Shown here: piece by piece, positions 10,601-23,432 of the stretch
How positions within the stretch are numbered: the stretch's first letter is position 1
Layout of the letters: each line of letters starts with the position of its first letter
NCBI RefSeq assembly: GCF_001194135.2
Contig: NC_068988.1
Location: forward strand, 95,483,328 to 95,547,327
DNA: 64,000 bases
Source: Octopus bimaculoides
Lineage: Eukaryota
Reading direction: 5' to 3'
Notes under the pieces: generated by a model
What the model saw: the letters and a program-made list of their open reading frames with translations, nothing else
Databases searched by the model: none
What the model was told of the DNA's origin: nothing
Position numbers and translations under genes: made by a program

Positions 10601-11165
10601 ATTTCTGTTTATCTGTCTAGCCATGCATCTATTTCTTACTCTGTCTCTTTTCCTCTCTCTCATTCCCTCCCTTCACCAACACCGAACCTATCTTTATTCC
10701 TTCGATCATTATCTCACAATCAATGTCTGTACTTATCTCTATTTTATCTCCAACACACTCGCCACCATTAACGCTGGATGTTATCTTGAGGAGTGACTTG
10801 ACATCGGAAGGAACAGGCTGTTGACTGAAACGACGAAAGATTGTAGTTGTTTAGCTCCAGGTCAAACTAGTAATGATTGTGGCGGAAACAATGGTGGCAG
10901 TGGTGAGGAGAAGGAGGAGGGGTGAAGAGATGTAAAACGCAGAGTATTTGTTTTTTTTTTTTCGCTGTTGTTGTATATTCTCAAGTCAGCTCTGACCGAG
11001 CAGTTCCACGACCTCCAGGTAGACGTGACCCAAGAATCTCCTCCAGTTCTACCATAAATCCGGGCGCCAAACTGGAGACCAAAATAGTACGGACATAAAT
11101 TGTAGAAGATGCAGTAAAACACAATAGATATTTTCTGCTCTCTACACCAGCATTTACAAACCCTT

Positions 11166-11208
<43 letters not shown>

Positions 11209-11481
11209 NNNNNNNNNNNNNNNNNNNNNNNNNNNNNNNNNNNNNNNNNNNNNNNNNNNNNNNNNNNNNNNNNNNNNNNNNNNNNNNNNNNNNNNNNNNN
11301 NNNNNNNNNNNNNNNNNNNNNNNNNNNNNNNNNNNNNNNNNNNNNNNNNNNNNNNNNNNNNNNNNNNNNNNNNNNNNNNNNNNNNNNNNNNNNNNNNNNN
11401 NNNNNNNNNNNNNNNNNNNNNNNNNNNNNNNNNNNNNNNNNNNNNNNNNNNNNNNNNNNNNNNNNNNNNNNNNNNNNNNNN

Positions 11482-11535
11482 ACCTTGTGAGTGGATTTGG
11501 TAGACGGAAACTGAAAGAAGCCCGACGTATATATG

Positions 11536-11582
<47 letters not shown>

Positions 11583-11786
11583 TTGTGTGTCTGTGTTTGT
11601 CCCCCCAACATCGCTTGACAACCGATGCCGATGTGTTTACGTCCCCGCAACTTAGCGGTTCGGCAAAAGAAACCGATAGAATAAGTACTAGGTTTATAAA
11701 GAATAAGTCCTGGGGTCGATTTGCTCGACTAAAGGTGGTGCTCCAGCATGGCCACAGCCAAATGACTGAAACAAGTAAAAGAGTAA
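11482..11786 (+). mobile_element. SINE family A (head lost in gap)
   Basis: ACCTTGTGAGTGGATTTGGTAGACGGAAACTG, (TA)n, then the complete 3' tail. Confidence 0.85.
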
Positions 11787-11844
11787 TTATATTCTGCTTT
11801 TTGTTTTTCTTTTCATAAACTTCCATTTCATGAGAAACCAAACC

Positions 11845-11900
11845 AGTGTTTCTTGACCGTTCTTTACCCATGGACCTCTTTGATACTGATTTTAATCGCA
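11845..11900 (+). mobile_element. hAT-type MITE left-end fragment
   Basis: CAGTGTTTCTTGACC..ATGGACC resembles CAGTG(G/T)TTCTCAACC hAT MITE termini; no right end found. Confidence 0.35.
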
Positions 11901-13328
11901 TGGACCTTCATAACCACTCAACGTTTAAAAAAGTCCTATTTTATTTGTAGAATTAACTATTATTAGGAAATGTATACAAAAAAAAATTAACAGATTTTGC
12001 GTATTGTAGAAGTTATAAGTTTATAATGTTTTGTTTTTTTTTTTCATTTTTTACTTATTTTCAATCATCTGCAAAATTTGAAAGTAATATTCAGAAATTT
12101 AAGTACTCTGGGACTTAATGGGTTAAGTATTTAAGGCAGTAAGGCACCGGACTAGATTCATTACAATATTTCCTTTTGTTTCTTTAAAGTCCGAGTTTGA
12201 ACCGCGCTGATATCGATTTTGGTTTTCATTACTTTATTTGACACATAATATAAAGCAGGTACCAGTTATATTATTGGACGTGTTCAAAGGATTACTTGAT
12301 AAATCAATCTGATCGCTTACCAAATTAAGACACTGATATTCATTTCTGTCGAAGTGAATTTACTTTTCGAAACTCGAAGAACTAACTCTGTTTTACAATT
12401 CCATAGATCGATGATATAAGATAAAACATACTGAGATCGATTCTGTAAAGCACAACATCAACACTCCGCCGTCTGACATATTTTGGCCTCGTGTCTAACG
12501 AAAAAAATTAATCTTGAATCGTTGATTACATTTGGCCATTTTTATTCCTTCCTCAAAAATAGAAAACGATTCCATCTTCTCAAATTGTTTTTATCAACTA
12601 ACATATATTTTTAATTATCTATCTTTCGTTACATCTTTTCCGATTTTGTTTGTAACTTTATCCTATTTCTATACTAATTCTTCGTGATGATCTGTTCTTA
12701 CACCAGAATGTTCTAATCGAATAAAACCAGCAAAGAATAGAAGGATTTCCATTCATCGAAATCAAGAGATTCTTATGCTAAACGTGTTTCAACTTCTCTG
12801 TACAGATTACTGGATAAAATGTGAGCGCATTTCTTTTTCTTTCATTTGTTATTGCGGCTAAAAATAAGGAATTAGTATACAAAATTAATTCTACAGAACA
12901 GACAATATCCAGCATTATTTTATGGACGTTTGGTCGTTTTAAGTTCCGTGATGCGAACAACCAGGGATGGGAAAACGCGTGAAGAATACGGCGAAGATGG
13001 CAACGGGGAGTTTTATTGTGGTATCAAAAAGAGATAATAATAAATACTTGTTGAGCTGTGATTCTAACTCGGGCTTCCATATTCTAGAAAGTACTGAAAA
13101 TTGGAAACGAGTTAGTCTCTGAATGGTCTTCTAATGACAAGCATTGAGTCACAGACAGCAATTGTGGTGACCTTGTAGAAAAAGTGCATAGGATAACCTG
13201 AAACTACTGCAGCAAATAAGCCAACGGAATAAACATTGAATAACCAGCTCGTTGTTCAAGAGTTCAAGTCCACTCCAAGCCGTCTCCTTCCCTCTCTTGT
13301 TATACATTTTAATCTATGTGCCTCAGCG

Positions 13329-13392
13329 AAGGCGTTGAGCTGGCAGAATCGTTAGCGCGCATTTCCCTAAAATTTCAGGCCTTGTACCAAAA
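13329..13392 (+). mobile_element. SINE family B, internally deleted (head joined to tail)
   Basis: AGGCGTTGAGCTGGCAGAATCGTTAGCGCG directly followed by CCCTAAAATTTCAGGCCTTGTACC. Confidence 0.7.
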
Positions 13393-13681
13393 ACAGAAAA
13401 ATGTGTCTCAGTTCAACTAGATTTCGAGAGAATAGGTACCAGAACTTCTTGAGAAGAGAACTTGTTCTAAACTGGTGCCCTGCACAGCGGGGTAATTACC
13501 TTTTGTAAGTTCGATGCTCCATTGAGTATTATAAAAAAAAATAGGTTCAATTGCATTCCTGGTTTCCATGAAATAAAGAACTGAGCAAAATTGGATTTGC
13601 CTGCTCTTAGTAACAATGCTGTGAGAGGGCAACAAGGAAATATATTACGGTGATTCAGAAATTCCTTCAGCCTTATATTTT

Positions 13682-13719
<38 letters not shown>

Positions 13720-14084
13720 TGCATTTCGGGACGGTCTTTTTTTTTTTTTTGCCAAATAAACACAAGCACTATTTATTCGTTCGTCACTCTTATATTACTC
13801 TTCTTATTTTAACTCATGTCCATTATCCGGAAATCTTTCGTCACACATCTATGACCTCTTCAGCGACACTTTCCGTTCTTGTGTGTGCTCCTGCTCCGCT
13901 TAATCCATTTTATTCTTCTATGATGTGTATCATTATATGCGTTTGCATCGGTGTGTGTCGTTGTTCTTAGTAGTACTGTAATCCTACCCTCTCGGATCCA
14001 TTTCTCTCCTACCTTTTTACTCAAGCAGCTGAACTTAGGAGTGTCAACAACTAAAAATACTGTTCATTCATAGTGTGCCACCCC

Positions 14085-14165
14085 TACTGTGCCAGCGTTA
14101 CTATGCCAGCTCTACTATACCAGCTCTACGTGCTAGCGTTACTGTGCTAGCGTTACTGTGCCACC
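14085..14165. repeat. 14-bp minisatellite, about 6 degenerate units (TACTGTGCCAGCGT)
   Basis: Units read directly: tactgtgccagcgt, tactatgccagctc, tactataccagctc, tacgtgctagcgt, tactgtgctagcgt, tactgtgccacc. Confidence 0.85.
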
Positions 14166-15804
14166 TTGTCTTAAAGATTTGCGGCAGGAGCTATTCGAAA
14201 GTCACGAATTTGGCTCATGGACGCAACACAATCTTGATAACGAGTGTCGATCTTCAGAATGATTCGAACTGTTAACTGATATATTTATCGAGTCAGCCTG
14301 TTGAAGATTTCATAATTATATCATTGAAGGATTATTTCTGAGAAGAATAAGAGCTGTGAATGTTATCTTTAGATGTCTTCTTGTACAACAAAGAGAAATG
14401 AAAGGAGTTCAAAGGCAAAAGGTTTTTTTTTTTTCTTTTTTGCCGGCGCCCAGGGCTACACAACAAAAGCCTGACAATAAAACTGCAGTATTTGATTTTT
14501 AGTAGATATAATTATTACATTAATCATATATTAACTAATACACTGTATATCGTTAATACAGTTGAATATTTCATGTGCTAAATTAAACAGTTCCAAAGTT
14601 ATGCTTTTCCGATGTGATTCAACATGGACGTCATTTATTGTCTCCATTTATTAATAACTTTTTATGTAGTTTTTAGCTTTTATTTTATATATATTTTTGA
14701 AGAATGTGTGTGTTTTGTTGATAAAGGATGTAATGGATTATTCAGTAACTATTATTTTTAGTATAAGTTTATCTCTATTAATATATGTTGTTACATTGGG
14801 ATTGTTCAGTTTTACTCTTTTGATATTAGATTAGTTAATTCTTTCAATTACACCGCATTCAGATGAGATTCGTATTTTATTCCATTTCAGATTTGATTTT
14901 CTCTCGGTCAGACCTCGTCCTGCCTCACTAATCACTTATGATTGCTACACAATATAACTGATATCATTCTCATATTATACAGTGTATCAGGTTCACAGAT
15001 ATGTTATTATTATAACACAATGCAATATCACCGATGACTTACGACCGTTTGTTTCCCCGTTGTTGTTGTTTATTCTTTTGATGTGTTTGTTTTGTTTCTT
15101 TCTTTCTCCTTACATTATACATTCATTATTTATCTACTGATTCGTTTTTAGTGTTCTTGCGTTATTAATGAGCAATCTTTGTGTCCTATTCAAACATTAC
15201 AAATCTCTCTCTTACAGCCATTAACTGCAGGAAAAATCACTCCATTCTATTCAGCGTGAGAGATAATTCCGTAATTTTCCACGATTGTCGTGCTGATGTG
15301 AATAGAGAGCGACTAAAAGGGGAAGTAATTGCTGATGCCTCTATTTGTATTGGTCATAAATATATGATGTTTTAGTATTCACAGACATTAAGTCAATTTC
15401 TGTATTTATGCGTTTCTTTACAGTATATAATCAATTTCTGTTGATTTCCAGAGTTTATATATTTAGTGTTTACTACGAGTTTTTTTTGTTTTCATAGTTA
15501 TTTTTAAGAGATGTTTTTTTTTTGGTTTGTTTGTTGTTGTTTTTTTCTCCTGTGTTTGTTGTAGTTCGTTTCTGTTGTTGTTTGCTGGTCTTATGCAGTA
15601 ACGTGAATGTATTGGTTTTCATAATTGATGATATGTATTTTGAGCTTTCACTGTTGTCTAATCAGCAAGAATACAGAGAGATACCCGACAACGAAAGGGC
15701 CGTGGGAGTAGTCATAATGTCCAAGAGAGGGGAAATGCTGGCAGCTGGGGCGAAGGAGTTGTGGGTTCGTGTCCTGACTCTACTGCTTATAACACACAAA
15801 CACA

Positions 15805-15844
<40 letters not shown>

Positions 15845-16098
15845 CGCAGAAGGGGTTATAGATGCNNNNNNNNNNNNNNNNNNNNNNNNNNNNNNNNNNN
15901 NNNNNNNNNNNNNNNNNNNNNNNNNNNNNNNNNNNNNNNNNNNNNNNNNNNNNNNNNNNNNNNNNNNNNNNNNNNNNNNNNNNNNNNNNNNNNNNNNNNN
16001 NNNNNNNNNNNNNNNNNNNNNNNNNNNNNNNNNNNNNNNNNNNNNNNNNNNNNNNNNNNNNNNNNNNNNNNNNNNNNNNNNNNNNNNNNNNNNNNNNN

Positions 16099-16345
16099 GA
16101 AAGAAGCCCGTCGTATATATATATATATGTGTGTGTGTTTGTATGTCTGTGTTTGTCCCCCCCAACATCGCTTGACAGCCGGTGCTGGTGTGTTTACCTA
16201 CCCATAACTTAACGGTTCGGCAAAAGAGACCGATAGAATAATTACTAGGCTTACAAAGAATAAGTCCTGGGGTCGATTTCTTCGACTAAAGACAATGCTC
16301 CAGCATGGCGGCAGTCAAATGACTGAAATAAATAAGAGAATAAAG
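16099..16345 (+). mobile_element. SINE family A, 3' part (head probably in gap 15866-16098)
   Basis: GAAAGAAGCCCGTCGTATAT.. plus full tail; GGCGCAG head start is visible at 15843 before the gap. Confidence 0.85.
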
Positions 16346-16349
16346 TACA

Positions 16350-16426
16350 GTACTTCGCGGATTTTCACCTATCGCGCGGGGTGGGAGAGCTGGAACGGAA
16401 CGCCCGAGATAGTCGAGGGATTACTG
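16350..16426 (-). mobile_element. pogo/Tigger-like DNA transposon terminal fragment
   Basis: Reverse complement TA|CAGTAATCCCTCGACTATCTCGGGCGTTCCGTTCCA..CGCGATAGGTGAAAATCCGCGAAGTA; CAGTAATCCCTCG next to TA is typical of Tigger-like termini. Confidence 0.65.
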
Positions 16427-16607
16427 TATTCCGATGTGTGTAATATCTGTCCACCACAACACGTACGTACCTTTATATGTGACAAATGTGTGTGTGTGTG
16501 TGTAGTGGCCTGTTTGTGTGTATGTGTGTGGTGTTAATGCCAATGTGTCTGTGTGAATATGAAATATTTGTAACTAATTAAATGCAAACCGAAACGAAGC
16601 GAACGAC

Positions 16608-16639
<32 letters not shown>

Positions 16640-17050
16640 TCATTCACTAAGCCTTCGTTCGTTGATGCGGTCATATTAAGATATGTACGAGTATTCCACA
16701 ACATGGGATCCTATTGTTGTTCTATTCTACATTCAACAAAACCATTCTTAGTTGTTAATCTTGTTAAGACTGAAATTTTACAGCGACTCTCTTTCTCCTC
16801 CTCTTTCTTCTTCTTCTATTTCATTTCTCTTTCTTTTTTTATCTTAATCGAATCTGTTGACACGAAGACGTTTTCTTCATAAAAAATCTCCAATTCCGAT
16901 TGTAAAACCTTGTACATTGTTTCTTTTGTAGACTACACAAAACTTCAATACCAACACGTTTTCTTTTCGCTGCTTTTTCTTTTTTTTTTCCTTTTCTTTA
17001 TTTCTCTCGCATTCCGTGTTTTTGCGTTTTGCGTAGGGATGCAAACACAC

Positions 17051-17541
17051 ATATAAAACTCAAAATGTCTGTCTGTGTGTATGTGTATGCTTTTTATGCG
17101 TTTCCACATTTTTCATCCGATTTTGATGAAATTTTCTTTATTTAATGGCAAATTTACCCAGGTAGGCCACTGCCTCATTACCGATACCTAGAGATACCCG
17201 CTCATTCGACCTTCAAACTCCCGTTCAATGCTTCTGCGTCCGACTCAGCCACCTGCAATATTACAAAAGACTCAGACAAAGCAGAAGTGCTGCGAAGGTG
17301 CCACCTCATTGTTTGGGATGAATGCACCATGGCACATAAAGGATCCCTTGAAGCACTGGAGTGGACTCTGAAAGACATCAGTGGCTGCATTAGCCCCATG
17401 GGAGGCGTTTTCCTCCTTCTGTCTGGGGGTTTCAGACAAACCCTACTCGTAATTCCAAAAGGAACCAGAACCGACGCTGTAATGGCTTGCATTAAGTTAT
17501 CTTCCCCGTGGCAGGACGCGGCAATTTTGACTCTTACAATG
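17051..17541 (+). mobile_element. Internally deleted Helitron: 5'-terminal region plus PIF1 helicase fragment
   Basis: From 17200: [84 protein letters not shown]. Matches Helitron RepHel motifs TAHSxFKLP, IIWDExxM and GDFRQxLPV. Upstream ATATAAAACTCAAAATGTCTGTCTGT..CATCCGATTTTGATGAAATTT resembles Helitron 5' ends. Confidence 0.9.
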
Positions 17542-17544
17542 TAT

Positions 17545-17556
17545 ATATACACTGGT

Positions 17557-17596
<40 letters not shown>

Positions 17597-17788
17597 CATG
17601 GTAGGAAAAGGTAGTGGGTATGTAGGTAGACATGCAGGTAAATAAATAGGTGGATGGTTCGGTGAAGAATTTACAGCAAATGTCAACAGTGCGGATCCAG
17701 TACGGTTTGTAATAATTGCTTTCACCTAGAACATACATACATGCACACACACACACATATATATAGATAGATAGATAGATAGATATAC

Positions 17789-17887
<99 letters not shown>

Positions 17888-18127
17888 CATATATATATAT
17901 AGATACATATATATATATAGATACATGCATATATATATATATATACATACATATATATATATATATACATACATATATATATATATATACATATATATAC
18001 ACATACATATATATATATACATACATATATATATATATATAGGTATGTATTTGTGTATACATACATATACACAAACATACATTACATATATACACACACA
18101 TATACATACGTATATGAATACATACAT

Positions 18128-18192
<65 letters not shown>

Positions 18193-18200
18193 TGCACGTA
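17545..18200. repeat. (AGAT)n, (TA)n, (TACA)n and (CA)n microsatellite block
   Basis: Direct inspection; source of the YIYI/HTHT ORFs. Confidence 0.9.
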
Positions 18201-18807
18201 TGCACTTTCACACGTATGTGTATACACGCTTCCCACTCACTTTAAATATGAGCAGAATGTAATCTGAAAGCAGAAGTGTGTAATAGTGACAAGTAAAAAA
18301 GGAAGAAGAAATATGTTTAAATCAAAAAACAAAACAGATATAAAAGAAACAAAAAATGAAGAAAGAAAGGAGCCGAAGAAGCGATCTACATGTCCCGCCT
18401 TTCGTTCTGTGTCATCAAGCAGAATGTATACGCTACGTGTGTCTTGTAAGATGGCCCCAAGCTAGCTCCAGTAGAATTTCACTTGCTCCTCCCATAGTTT
18501 CCATTTGGTTGTACGTTTATAATTAGATTTTAATGAGTGACCGATTTTGATGGAATAATTTGTTTGTTGGAGTAAAAACAAAATAACAAAGAATAGAAAA
18601 CTGGGGAAAGGAACTACAAGAAGAAGCAGAGAAAAATGGTAAGACAAACAAGGCAATAAGTTCGTGTTGAAATGTAGAAGAAAATTAAAGATAGAGAGGA
18701 AAAAAGAAAAGAAAAATCTATATTTTTAAATGGATTTTGACAGGCAAATTAACAAACCATACTAGATTTGAACTCGTTATAAAAACAACAGCAACAATAT
18801 CAACAGA

Positions 18808-18847
<40 letters not shown>

Positions 18848-18958
18848 TTTATTGCAGTATTGGGGGGGTTCGTTATTTATTGTAGGAAATCTGAAGAACT
18901 CCATAAATTGTTTCGTTCATGGCACACTGAAGACTTCGTCTTAGAATTATGCATCTAG

Positions 18959-19121
18959 GTGAATCATTCGAGCAGGGACTATGCATTTCCATACGTACTG
19001 TGTCCGCGGAAAGAGTAGAACTTACCTCTGCAACCAGACAAAGCACTCGTGTATTATCAATGCTCTTTCTCTTCCTTGTTTCCAGCGGTGAGTCTTTGTA
19101 CGCAAATACAGAGTGGGCCAT
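18959..19121. CDS. Exon-like island with competing candidates on both strands, product unknown
   Basis: Plus: AG|18959..19087|GTGAGT, with two open frames. Minus: TTCCCTCAG|19121..19026|GTAAGT, 96 nt, open in two frames. No confident homology. Confidence 0.25.
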
Positions 19122-19324
19122 CTGAGGGAACGTGTCATGAATGAATGTGCTCAAATTGACGGGAATTTGGAGTTACTGCATCGGGTTAAAGTGAACCTTG
19201 CAAAAGACATCGAATTAATTCGATGAACATTGGCGATGGAAAACCAATATTTGGAAGAGGAATGAAGCCACAAAGCCTCATAATATAGAAGTTGTGCCTT
19301 TTCAAAGGTCATTAATTATACATA

Positions 19325-19395
19325 AGAAGTGGTAAAAAGCTTGCTTCCCAACAACAGGTCCCTGGTTCAGACCAATTGCGTGGCACCTTGGGCAG
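19325..19395 (+). mobile_element. SINE family A head fragment
   Basis: GTGGTAAAAAGCTTGCTTCCCAAC..GGTTCAGACC.ATTGCGTGGCACCTTGGGCA. Confidence 0.7.
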
Positions 19396-19410
19396 TGACT
19401 GGCACGAACT

Positions 19411-19647
19411 GATTAGATTTTGGGATCGATCCGGTACCGGAAAAGGATTCTGGATTATTTTTCCGGTTTTTCTTTTTTTTTTTTACTTAATATTTGAGTG
19501 CGGTCGGGTTCATTTTTAGTATTCTCATTTGTGAGAGCAGTCGAGTTTATTTCAGATATTCTCATTTTAAAAATCATCTCTGGCTAATCATTGAAAAGAC
19601 GTTGGTGGTGCCTTGGCGGAGGTCTGCGCTCTCTGAGTGCTCTTGTT
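19411..19647 (+). mobile_element. Helentron/HINE (DINE-1-like) non-autonomous element, 3' part
   Basis: GATTAGATTTTGGGATCGATCCGG internal motif; 3' end CCTTGGCGGAGG (subterminal inverted repeat type) followed by hairpin GCGCTC-TCT-GAGTGC and TCTTGTT. Confidence 0.6.
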
Positions 19648-19744
19648 TCTCTTGAACTTATGAAGTTTTTTTTTTTCCTTTTCCCTTGTCGGGTCTGATA
19701 GGAGAAGCGGTACTAATGACCATGGCCGGGTGTCCGAGATCAGG

Positions 19745-19940
19745 GATGTTGAATCATTGCAGGTCAAGATCTGCAGGAGAGCAATGGCCAGGGAAGGAGT
19801 TCCAGTGGGATGACATTCGTGAAAGGAAGGACTGGGTATAGTGGTTCGTGCAGTGGGAACGGTTGGATACAACAAGGATGATAAGAGGAGGAGAGTAGAA
19901 TGACTCGGGAATGTCTGGCGAGAAATGGTACGAGACCAGC
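19745..19940 (-). mobile_element. L2/CR1-group LINE 3' ORF remnant
   Basis: SNRSHCTNHYTQSFLSRMSSHWNSFPGHCSPADLDLQ*FN matches the terminal TxxYxxSFFPRTxxxWNSLP..LQxFK motif. Confidence 0.75.
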
Positions 19941-20470
19941 CAGTACGAAAGAGAAATAGTTATTGACAATTAGTTGAATCAATCCAATATATAAGAGAGT
20001 AAAATGTCGACAAATGAAACTAAGTAATTTTTCAAATAGGCACAAGACAAAAAAATTTCGGTTGAGGTGATTGACAATTATATTGAGCTCAATACATTAC
20101 TGGGTGAACGGTGAAATCATACAACGTAGTGTTTCAACACAGAACGAGTGAAGAACTTTAGTATTCCAAAGTACAGCACCTAACGAAGTACAAATTGGAA
20201 CACAGAAAGTCCACATCATTGACATACACATACATGCATATATGTGTATATATGATATGTTTACAAGAAGAGAAGTGATATTGACTTCGACGTTTCGGCC
20301 TTGCCCGCCTTCGCCGAATTATCCGAAACTTCGAAGTTACTGTCACATCTCTTCCTCTGAAAGTATAAGAATTTATACTCAATAAAAAGTGTTGAGTAAT
20401 ACTTCAGTTTGATGTGAAATTCTTTTTATAATAATTCGACATAAAAACAAGCATTAATGTGTGTGTGAAC

Positions 20471-20515
<45 letters not shown>

Positions 20516-20653
20516 GAAAGCTTGTTGAAAACTAATTTTGAACTTTAGATTGGTTTCCGATTGTTGAAAACAATTCTTTGAACACTCACAAACATGAATT
20601 CTGTTACGATTCAACAAGTTTCAGCATTTAATAAACTATACACACATCTTCTT

Positions 20654-20696
<43 letters not shown>

Positions 20697-21154
20697 AAGA
20701 AAGAGTGCGAGACGGAGGCATGGCTGTATTGTTAAGAAGTTCACTTGTAAACCACGTGTTTCCGGTTTCAGTTCCCCTACACAGCGCATGAAGCAAATAT
20801 CTTTTGCTGTTCTCTTCTAACATTAGTGAGTCAATGCAATCTGGCGGAACAGTTCAGAAACTCGTCCTATACGCGATTATGTGTCATTCTGTGAGTAGGC
20901 ATATATATATATATATATATANNNNNNNNNNNNNNNNNNNNNNNNNNNNNNNNNNNNNNNNNNNNNNNNNNNNNNNNNNNNNNNNNNNNNNNNNNNNNNN
21001 NNNNNNNNNNNNNNNNNNNNNNNNNNNNNNNNNNNNNNNNNNNNNNNNNNNNNNNNNNNNNNNNNNNNNNNNNNNNNNNNNNNNNNNNNNNNNNNNNNNN
21101 NNNNNNNNNNNNNNNNNNNNNNNNNNNNNNNNNNNNNNNNNNNNNNNNNNNNNN

Positions 21155-21211
<57 letters not shown>

Positions 21212-21822
21212 AATGTATATATAAACATATGTATGGAACTTTTTCTACCATTTTTTGTGGTTGTTTTACCTTTTTATTTTTACTGTGAACCTAAATCTAG
21301 TCCCTAAATCTAATCCTTATCGTAGGTTTCCTTTCTTCCGGACTAAATACTCAAACCCAAAATGCAATCTAAAGCTCAACTATAACCGATATAGTACAAA
21401 TACATCTTGTTGTAGTCCTTAGAAACCGCCGTTATCCATCTTAGCTTTGCAATTTGATCGCTTTTACAACCTCAGGTATTACCCAATAGACCCCTGCTTT
21501 CATCACTGTTTTAGCCGCGGCGGAACATCGAAATTGCCTCGCAATCTTAGCTTGTTGGAAATTAGTCAATTTCTCTGGAACACTGTCCATTCCATAGCAG
21601 ACCATATTAATATTGTTGAGAAATATTGCTACGATTGGTAACGTTATTATTTTATTAAATAATATAAGGATGGGTAAAGTGTGAGTGCTTGTTGCCAGGT
21701 TACCAAATACCTACTGTCTGTTATTTAGCTCTACAAATACATATATATATATGGACACTTACACGCAGATACAGAATGTGTGTACGTATGTATATTCAGA
21801 GGGACAGATAGATACAAACACA

Positions 21823-21871
<49 letters not shown>

Positions 21872-22107
21872 NNNNNNNNNNNNNNNNNNNNNNNNNNNNN
21901 NNNNNNNNNNNNNNNNNNNNNNNNNNNNNNNNNNNNNNNNNNNNNNNNNNNNNNNNNNNNNNNNNNNNNNNNNNNNNNNNNNNNNNNNNNNNNNNNNNNN
22001 NNNNNNNNNNNNNNNNNNNNNNNNNNNNNNNNNNNNNNNNNNNNNNNNNNNNNNNNNNNNNNNNNNNNNNNNNNNNNNNNNNNNNNNNNNNNNNNNNNNN
22101 NNNNNNN

Positions 22108-22146
<39 letters not shown>

Positions 22147-22320
22147 TGTGTGTATATATCCTATTGTCTCATTTTATGTATCTTGTCAGAAACTAAAATA
22201 TTCACAAGAATTTCACATATAGTCAAATATTGCATTTCTTTAGAAATGGTTCACACTCCCTCCATCTCCGTCCCAGACACACTTAAACAGAGAACAATTC
22301 AAGCGAAATCACAAACACAC

Positions 22321-22494
<174 letters not shown>

Positions 22495-23237
22495 GCAAAC
22501 ATACAAGCATCTACAATTATATAAATGACTATAATAATTGAGAAACTATTTGACGAAAATATCGTGGTTCTTAACTGAAACACTTTACGTTATGTTTTTT
22601 CGAGCGATTTTATTCATTTGTCGCAGCTGAAAACGCTGTTGCTGTATTTCTACCAAACCCACTTATGGAAACTGAACTGGCACTTTAAGCCATTAAAACC
22701 TTCACAGCAAGGACGAACGTTGCTCCTGCCAACCGTTTTGACTGTCATCTTGGTGTGTGTGTGTCTGTGTAAGTTTGTGTGTCTCTGTCTGTGTGTGCAT
22801 ATGTATATACACAAGTGTTTAGACATATATGGTGTTTTCTACATTCAGCACTTTTAGAAAATTTATGCAAAAATATTTACTGCAAATATCTGGTTTTAAC
22901 AATAAGTAGATTCAATGTTTGCTTGGTGGGTCTTTTTTCGTTTCTTTGTTGTTGTTGTTTTTTTTTTATTATTAAGGGTTGTATTTTATGTCCTACAATA
23001 GAAATGTTGACCACATTAGAGACACTTTACAAAAATACTTCATCTCAACCGCTACAAAATAAAAAGAAAAAAACGTTACCAACCATTACGCTCTTATAAT
23101 AACCACTGCTAATGATGATGATGGTGATGATCATTATCATCATCATCATCATCATCATTATTGAAGAGGCAGGACGACGCCATCGTCAACCCATTATTAT
23201 TATTATGATGATGATTATTATTATTATTATTATTATT

Positions 23238-23432
23238 GGGTGAGAGAGCAGCGCATGCGATCAGTCACACTGGAGTATAAATATACGAAGTCCAACATAC
23301 CCATCATGACTACTCGTCTGATAAGAGTACACCGGGTACATGCATCACACCCATATGCGCGCGACATGGTGATTTCATATCAAGATAAACAGCGCATGAC
23401 TTCGCAGGTGGGGGCCAGTTAGAATTTTCTTC
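23238..23432 (-). mobile_element. Retroposon 3' end abutting an (AAT)n tail (probable non-LTR 3' UTR)
   Basis: Non-repetitive segment TGAGAGAGCAGCGCATGC..CCCATCATGACTACTCGTCTGATAAG..GGGGCCAGTTAGAATTTTC whose minus-strand end runs into (AAT)n; recognised from memory as a common octopus repeat, single copy here. Confidence 0.45.

Noticed and set aside
14085-14165. Short regularly spaced repeats here and at 37317-37364 and 45895-45995 as possible CRISPR-like arrays
   Set aside because: Head-to-tail minisatellites with no unique spacers, in a eukaryotic context with no cas genes.
15680-15780. Open, GC-richer island (QEYREIPDNERAVGVVIMSKRGEMLAAGAKELW) after a CAG
   Set aside because: Weak donor, several frames open on both strands, and no homology recognised.
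17202-18236. 344-aa minus-strand ORF
   Set aside because: Microsatellite translation plus the antisense of the Helitron helicase fragment.
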